Below are positions 58,548-64,000 of a stretch of 64,000 bases of DNA, piece after piece (positions within the stretch are counted from its first letter, which is position 1; each line of letters begins with the position of its first letter). Source of the stretch: Azolla caroliniana (taxonomy: Eukaryota > Plantae > Polypodiophyta); the NCBI GenBank assembly GCA_043228905.1, contig JBHGNT010000004.1:6262001-6326000 (forward strand), read 5' to 3'. Made by a program: the position numbers and the translations under genes. The notes beneath the pieces are model-generated. The model was given only the letters and a program-made list of their open reading frames with translations. It searched no databases and was not told the origin of the DNA.

Positions 58548-61500
58548 AGGGGCCGAGAAGGGTTCGACGTACAAGGTACTGTCCCACGGGCGTGCCATGT
58601 GTTACCGGTCGGCAAGGAGTCCAAAATACGGAGTGAAGGAATTAATTAAATATAGTTGTAAATGAGCATAGTGTGGACGGACGGACTGGAAACGGTATGC
58701 CGTTCCAGATCCGGACGGATCCCGAATAGGTGCGAGAGGCACCATTTTGTACTACGGGCCGGAAACCTATTTAAAGGCCCGGACCCCATTGTAATCACAA
58801 CGGATAATTAATAGAGCTTATGATGTTTATACTTACTGTCTTGATTTCCGTTCTGTAATTACTGTTATATCTTACGCGTGTAATTAACCCAAAGCATTCT
58901 AATCGTGTAACCTACGTAAGTCGGTGTAATCGTTGAATATTAATCCTATGCCGTAATCACCCTTTGGTGAAGTGTCTCCGTGACACCTTGTGTTAGACCT
59001 TGTCCGGTCAGAGAATAACACTTTGTGTCGAAGGGCCGTGTCCCTGTGGATCTACGCTCGCACATAGTGGGTTCCCTTCTCCTTTCTCTCTTGCTCTTCG
59101 GTACAAGACCCCCGAGGTCCTGCCTCATTCCACGCATCCGCGAGGAGTACCTCGACACCGTTAGATGAAGAGACGTTCTCTCTTCCTCTTTCTCTCTTGT
59201 TTTAGGGTTTCTTCTTCTTCTCCTCCTCGGCTTCTTCTTCGTCGTTTTGTGTGTCGAGCCTTGTCATCTAGTGTTTCTGTTTTTTGCCATGTTCTCTGTG
59301 CAAGGCCCCGCTCGGCGCGACAAGCCCGAGAGCTCCCCGACCGACGGCTTGGCAGTAGACAACAGTGGTATCCTATGCTACCTAGGTCCGGCTCGAAGTC
59401 GGTGTTGAATCTCGTTGTCTTGTAAATACATATACATTTGGTTGTGCATATTCGTGTCTCTATTGGTGTGCATGTGTGTGTCTTAGTGTTTCTTTCCAGG
59501 TTATGTACATGAGGGTGCAAGTTGGGTCAGTGTTGTGTGCGTGCGTGCGAGAGTCGATGTTGCGTGCCTGCTCTCTCTCTCTCTCTCTCCCTTCGGTTGT
59601 TTCCGGTGTGCTTCTAGGATCCCCCAGAAATGGTGAAGCCCGACTCCCTACGCTCCGTCACTCCCTAGTCCAAGACCCCCGTGGTCCCGCCTTTCTCCAC
59701 GCACGCGCGTAACAACGTGACAACGCCCTCCTCAACTTTGATTTTTTCTTCATGTCTCTCACCCTGAGTTTCAAAATCATGATTTGTAAATTCTATATCA
59801 TAGCTAGCTTTGTTAGCTTCAATTCTCATGTTTGAACACATATATCCGATATCATACGAGTTAGGTATGACCATTTTGATTTACTCACACACTCTTGTCT
59901 ACCTTGTGGCAAAACTCTACTTTTTTCTTCATATCTCTTGCCTTGAGTTCCAAAATCATGATTTTTCAATTTCATATCATAGCTAGCTTCGTGAGCTTCG
60001 ATTTGCATGTTTGAACACAAAAATCCGATATCACACGAGCCAGGTATGAACACTTTCATTTACCTACACACTCTTGTCTACACCGTCCTCAACCTGGCTT
60101 TTCTCTTCATGTCTATTGTCCTGAGTTTCAAAATCACGATTTATCAACTCCATATTATAGCTAGCTTTGTTAGCTTCGATCCTCATGTTTGTACACAAAT
60201 ATCCGATATCACACGAGCTAGGTATGACCATTTTCAATTACTCAAGCGCCGAGTGGAACGCGTTCTGAGAGTTCGAGCGGCGGCTTGCTCGGCTACCGGA
60301 GCGGGAACAAGGTTTGGTGGGGGCGGACAAAGTCCTGTTGTTCGTTAAGTCGATCGACCGAGCGGAATGGGAGGCCATCGAGATTGAGCTCGAAGACGAG
60401 GACAGAGCGAATGGCCTTACGGAGGACTGGTCGAAGGTCGGAAGGGTATGCCAACAGCTAGATGACGAGCGAGCCGAGAAGGCTAAGAGGAAGGTGCGTG
60501 ACGATGTGCCATCACAGCGGGAAGAAGCGGAACGACAAAGAGAGTCGGCAAGGCTTGACTTCGGGGCCAAGATTGTGGAGGCGTACGCAGCTCTCGAGGC
60601 AATGCTCGAGGAAGAGGAAAGATTGAGGCTGCAGGTCAACGCCGAGGAGATGAACTTGCCCCACGAGAAGGCAGAAGATTGGTACAAGGGTACCACGGGA
60701 GAGGGTGTGAAACAAAACGCCCTCTCGGCTTGCGAATATAGAATGGCCGAGGACAAGGCCGAGATACTGATCGCAGAATCGGAACGTTGTGACCGGTGGT
60801 TTTGGGCATGACAACCCGAGGCTCCAGACATTGGAGAAGCAAGCCCATGCGGGGCTTGCGCGATCGGTGGGGAGTCGACCACCGACTACGAAGAGCCGGT
60901 GGCTACGGCCAAGGGCATAAATAGAATGGGCGATTCTACGCGTCTTCCCAAACTTGCTTTAGAGACGATGGCAGTTGGGTCTGAGTGCCCACGTGAGTCC
61001 CAAGAGGAGGAAGGCGGAGGCGTGAGGTGGCTTCAGACAAGGGCGTAAATAGGACGGGTGATTCTACGCGTCTTCCTACACCTGCTCTCAAGACGATGGA
61101 AGTCGGGCCCGAGTGCCCACGTGAGTCCCAAGAGGAGGAAGGCGGCAGTGTGAGACCGAGAATCACCAGCGAGACGATACGGAGAAGGAACGGACAAGAG
61201 CCCTCGGAACCGATTTCGGAGAACTCGGCATTCAAGCCCTTATGCCCACGTGACACCGAGGAGAAGGATGACAGTATCGAGGAGTCCTGGCACGATGCCA
61301 ATGAAGATGGATGGGAGATGGCCCGCGAGAAGGTCGACGAAGAGACCAAGAAATGACCCTACCAGGGACCCAACGGCTCAGTCAGAGTGGCAACGACTGG
61401 CGTGGCGGGCCAAACCCGAGACAACAAGCTAGTGGGGGCGACGGCAAGCTGAAGGCTCCAAACCGGCCGTAGCAGCGCAAGATGGAAGTGGCCAAGTGTG

Positions 61501-61600
61501 CTACGCGTGTTCCCCGGACGTGGAGGACACCGGTATGCGGAGAAGCGGCGATGCACGATCTGGCCGGGTGAGGGCCGACGGCGTGTGCATAGGAAGTAAT

Positions 61601-64000
61601 TGTTATTGCTAGGGACGGACAACAGCCTAACACAGGGTATCCACTTAAGACACGTCACCAAAGGGTGGTATGGCAGAATGACTTACGACACAATGCTTAA
61701 TTAGACCTTAATCGATTACTTAGCCATCCGTAATTAACACGCGTAAGATATAACAATGAATACAGAACGGTAATCAACACTGGAAGATTAAGACAATAAG
61801 CTTTATTAATTATCCAGAATGTCCAGAATGCTTTGCTCCAAAATTTCCAATGGCTTGTCGGGAATCTGTTGTTGTTGTTGTGGTTGCTGTTGTTGTTCTG
61901 TTTGTGGTTGTGGCTGCTACTCCGTTTGTGGCTGTGGCTCCGTTTGTCGCTCTGGCACCGGCGTTTCCGTCGTTCGTTCCTCCGTCGGAGTTGTCTGTGG
62001 CTGACTGACCCCGGTCTGTTCCCCCTTCGGTCTTTGCACCGGCGACGGTTCCTCATCACTAAGGTTGACCATTGCCGCCTTTCGCGCTTTTTCTTCCCGG
62101 AGCTGGGACCACTCATAGCTTTCAAACTAGATTTGAGCCTCTAGCCGATCGTCGTCCAGTTGAGCTACGAGCTGCCGGACCTACACCAATTGTTCATCCG
62201 CCAACTCATCCTTTATGGCGGTGAAGTCCACTGAGGTCAGCGTATAACAGTCATCGCCCTCCTTTCGCCGGTTTTCCACGTCCGCCCTAAGCAATTGGAG
62301 TTCCGCCGTATTCTGCGCCCATTTCACCCACCAACGCACTGAGCTGTCGTCAATCAAGCTTTTGGTCTTAGTGAGCCATGACCGGAGGATGCACTAGATC
62401 CGTTCGGCTCCCATCTGTGATTTATTTTCTGCGGCTTGTCGCTCTTCCTTCAATTGCTTGATGATCCGAACCGTGTCCGCTCCTGCTCCCTATAATGCGA
62501 CAATTGATTTTGATAGGTTTTTTGCAACCTCCGTAATACCATTGTTGCTCTTTCCTTGTCTTCATGGTTCTGTTTATGGAGCTCCATCCGGTCATTTGCT
62601 GCTTCCTCCAATAGCCTAGAACTTTTTGCTCATTCTTTGGCGAGTGTCGTTGTGGCCCTATCAACTTCTTGCTAGAGCTCAGCCATCCATTCCTGTTGTT
62701 GCTTATGCTCCGACTCCAGTTGCTTGTAGTCCCAATGCAGATGATCGAAATCATCGGTCTTTTGCTACAGCCTTTCGTTGATCTGCCGGCGCGCGCGGTC
62801 CTCCCGGTCCTTCTGTTGCCAGAGCTCTTCCTTCAGCCTCTCGATTTCCGTTTCCGTCATCCATTGCAACTTGTCTTCTTCCTGCAACAATTTCTCTTTT
62901 TCCTCCTTCAGCCGGTCGTAAGCATGATGTCCTTTACGCAGGTTTTCCTCTGCCCGGCGAAGGTTCTCATCAGTCTTTCTTAATTCTTCTTTGGCCGCCT
63001 TCTTCAAGTCGCGTTCACGGCTCCGTAATGCTTCTTGTGCGGCGAGCTCATCTCGTAATTCCGCAAGCTCTTGGGCATGCGCCCCATCTTTCTTCGGGAC
63101 AGTTTGTGTCTCTGGGGTCTTATTCTTCTGTACATCAACCGGAGTCACCAATGCTTGGATCTGCGTTGTGGTTAAGGCCATTTTGGCCATATCTCCTATG
63201 ATCCGATCCAAGTCTTGTTCGAGGCACCGGATCCTTGACCGGGCCGTCTCCAGTTCATCGGTTGTGACGAGCAACCGTTCCGTTTGCGCTCTTTCCTCCT
63301 CCTCTATGCATCCGACTACTCCGGCAATTTGGTCTCCTATCCACCGGAGCCATTGGCTGCCGGTGCACTGTTGTTGCGCTTGCACGGAGAGTTGGCTGAT
63401 GGGTTCACTCGCCGGTGCCTGGTCCCGCCTTACTGCGTTGAGCTGCGCTTCTGGTTCTGCCAGCTGACTACTTTGTCGTTCCGGCTCTGAGTGTGTTTCG
63501 CTTAGTCGCCCCTTGTCTGCTTGTTCTTGGCCGGCTGGGAAGGTTGGCCTTTGTATATCCGGCTCTTGAGTTACGGGGCTTGCCGGTGCTGCTTGTTGTG
63601 CAGGGACTTCTGGTACCTCCCTTGGCGTGGGATGCTCAACGTGAGTTGCAGGCGTTCCATCCTTCTGTGGGTCCGAACGCTTCCCGGCTGATTCAACAGT
63701 GCTCTTCACCGGCCACCGTTGGAGGTGCTCCATGGGTTCTTCCTCCATTTCTTCGGCCTGAGTCCCAGCATTCATTCTTGCCGCCAGGGTGTTTGTTTCC
63801 TGTTGCATCAGTCGGTGGAGTGGGCTCTTCAGGGGCTGTGTTGGTGTCTCCTCACTTGCATCCGTCGGCCGCTTCCGGCTGGCGCGCTCCTTCGCTGCCT
63901 TCTCTGCGTCGGCAATCTTCCCCTTAGTGGCCTTGGAGGCCAACTGTTGTTGCCGTTTCGAAGTAGGTTTCGGGGTGCCGTCTGTTGCTCTTCCCCGCTT
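61601..64000 (-). mobile_element. Element L: K-related Gypsy inserted in H; partial 3' LTR 61601-~61815 and decayed extra ORF running off the window
   Basis: LTR 3' half matches K (atcttacgcgtg, ccctttggtga, aataaca); the ORF has WLRWIGDQIAGVV..ERLLVTT.ELETARSRIR.LEQDLDR, as in K. Confidence 0.85.

Larger units (their letters stand above)
50495..59020 (+). mobile_element. Element K: young non-chromovirus Ty3/Gypsy (Athila/Tat-related, no extra RNase H seen) with a 3' extra ORF; LTRs 50495-50914 and 58600-59020
   Basis: TSD CTTTG; LTRs differ by ~3 substitutions and 1 indel; PBS TGGCGACCAC (tRNA-Arg-like) after a cagttt spacer. Confidence 0.94.
49991..59157 (+). mobile_element. J: solo LTR of the Trp-primed family (49991-50494 and 59026-59157), split by K
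   Basis: TGTCGTGAAGAAAACCG...TCGACA termini; TSD CCGT (49987-90, 59158-61). Confidence 0.88.
49777..59722 (+). mobile_element. M: 5'-truncated solo LTR of the Trp-primed family (49777-49990 and 59162-59722), similar to H's LTR
   Basis: Shares gaatcccatgtaaatcgggatttatcccacattgtaac and gggtataccgttagat with H's LTR; ends GTGACA followed by ACGC. Confidence 0.8.
49401..60248. repeat. Satellite-like array of ~179-bp monomers (49401-49776 and 59723-60248, ~5 units), split by M/J/K and embedded in H's gag
   Basis: cacgagc.aggtatga..attttca.ttactca..c.ctcttgtcta...tttcaaaatcatga...tagcttcgatt...gaacacaaaaatccgatat recurs at ~49401, 49561, 49740, 59855, 60034 and 60212. Confidence 0.85.
47404..61600 (+). 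mobile_element. Element H: Trp-primed element, gag-only type as far as visible. 5' LTR 47404-48990 (split by I); decayed gag 49028-49400 and 60249-61600; 3' end not in the window
   Basis: Left flank CCGT; PBS at 48995-49012; AVERVVERVGRFNGDEV and GADKVLLFVKSID..GLTEDW; tail motifs PTPALKTMEVGPECPRESQEEEGG. Confidence 0.85.

Noticed and set aside
60305-60330. ggtttggtgggggcggaca resembling the family PPT inside H
   Set aside because: It encodes GLVGADK of gag and no LTR follows

Overview
Land-plant nuclear DNA, probably from a seed-free plant such as a fern or lycophyte (inferred from the TE lineages). Bases 1-2255 hold the first four exons of a group I (JAR1-like) GH3 acyl-acid amido synthetase on the minus strand. 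About 6.7 kb of AT-rich intergenic DNA follows, with tandem duplications and a Mutator-type MITE. From 9030 to the end, the window is one deeply nested LTR-retrotransposon cluster, up to 6-7 levels deep. Labels used below: O = old non-chromovirus Gypsy; E, C, D = Copia; N = Tf1/Tcn1-like chromovirus; K, L = Gypsy with a large extra 3' ORF. The most striking feature is a tRNA-Trp-primed Ty3/Gypsy family with termini TGTCG...CGACA, present nine times: autonomous-type copy F, gag-only derivatives A, B and H, and solo LTRs S1, S2, I, J and M. Every insertion sits at a 4-bp site with a central CpG (CCGG, CCGT, ACGT, GCGT, ACGC); 7 sites have both TSD copies visible. The other LTR families here make 5-bp TSDs without that bias. 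Copy F has a GGAUUUU slippery site plus a predicted pseudoknot. The gag-only partners carry a long repeat-rich tail with a shared peptide motif. All coordinates were read by eye and may be off by a few bases.
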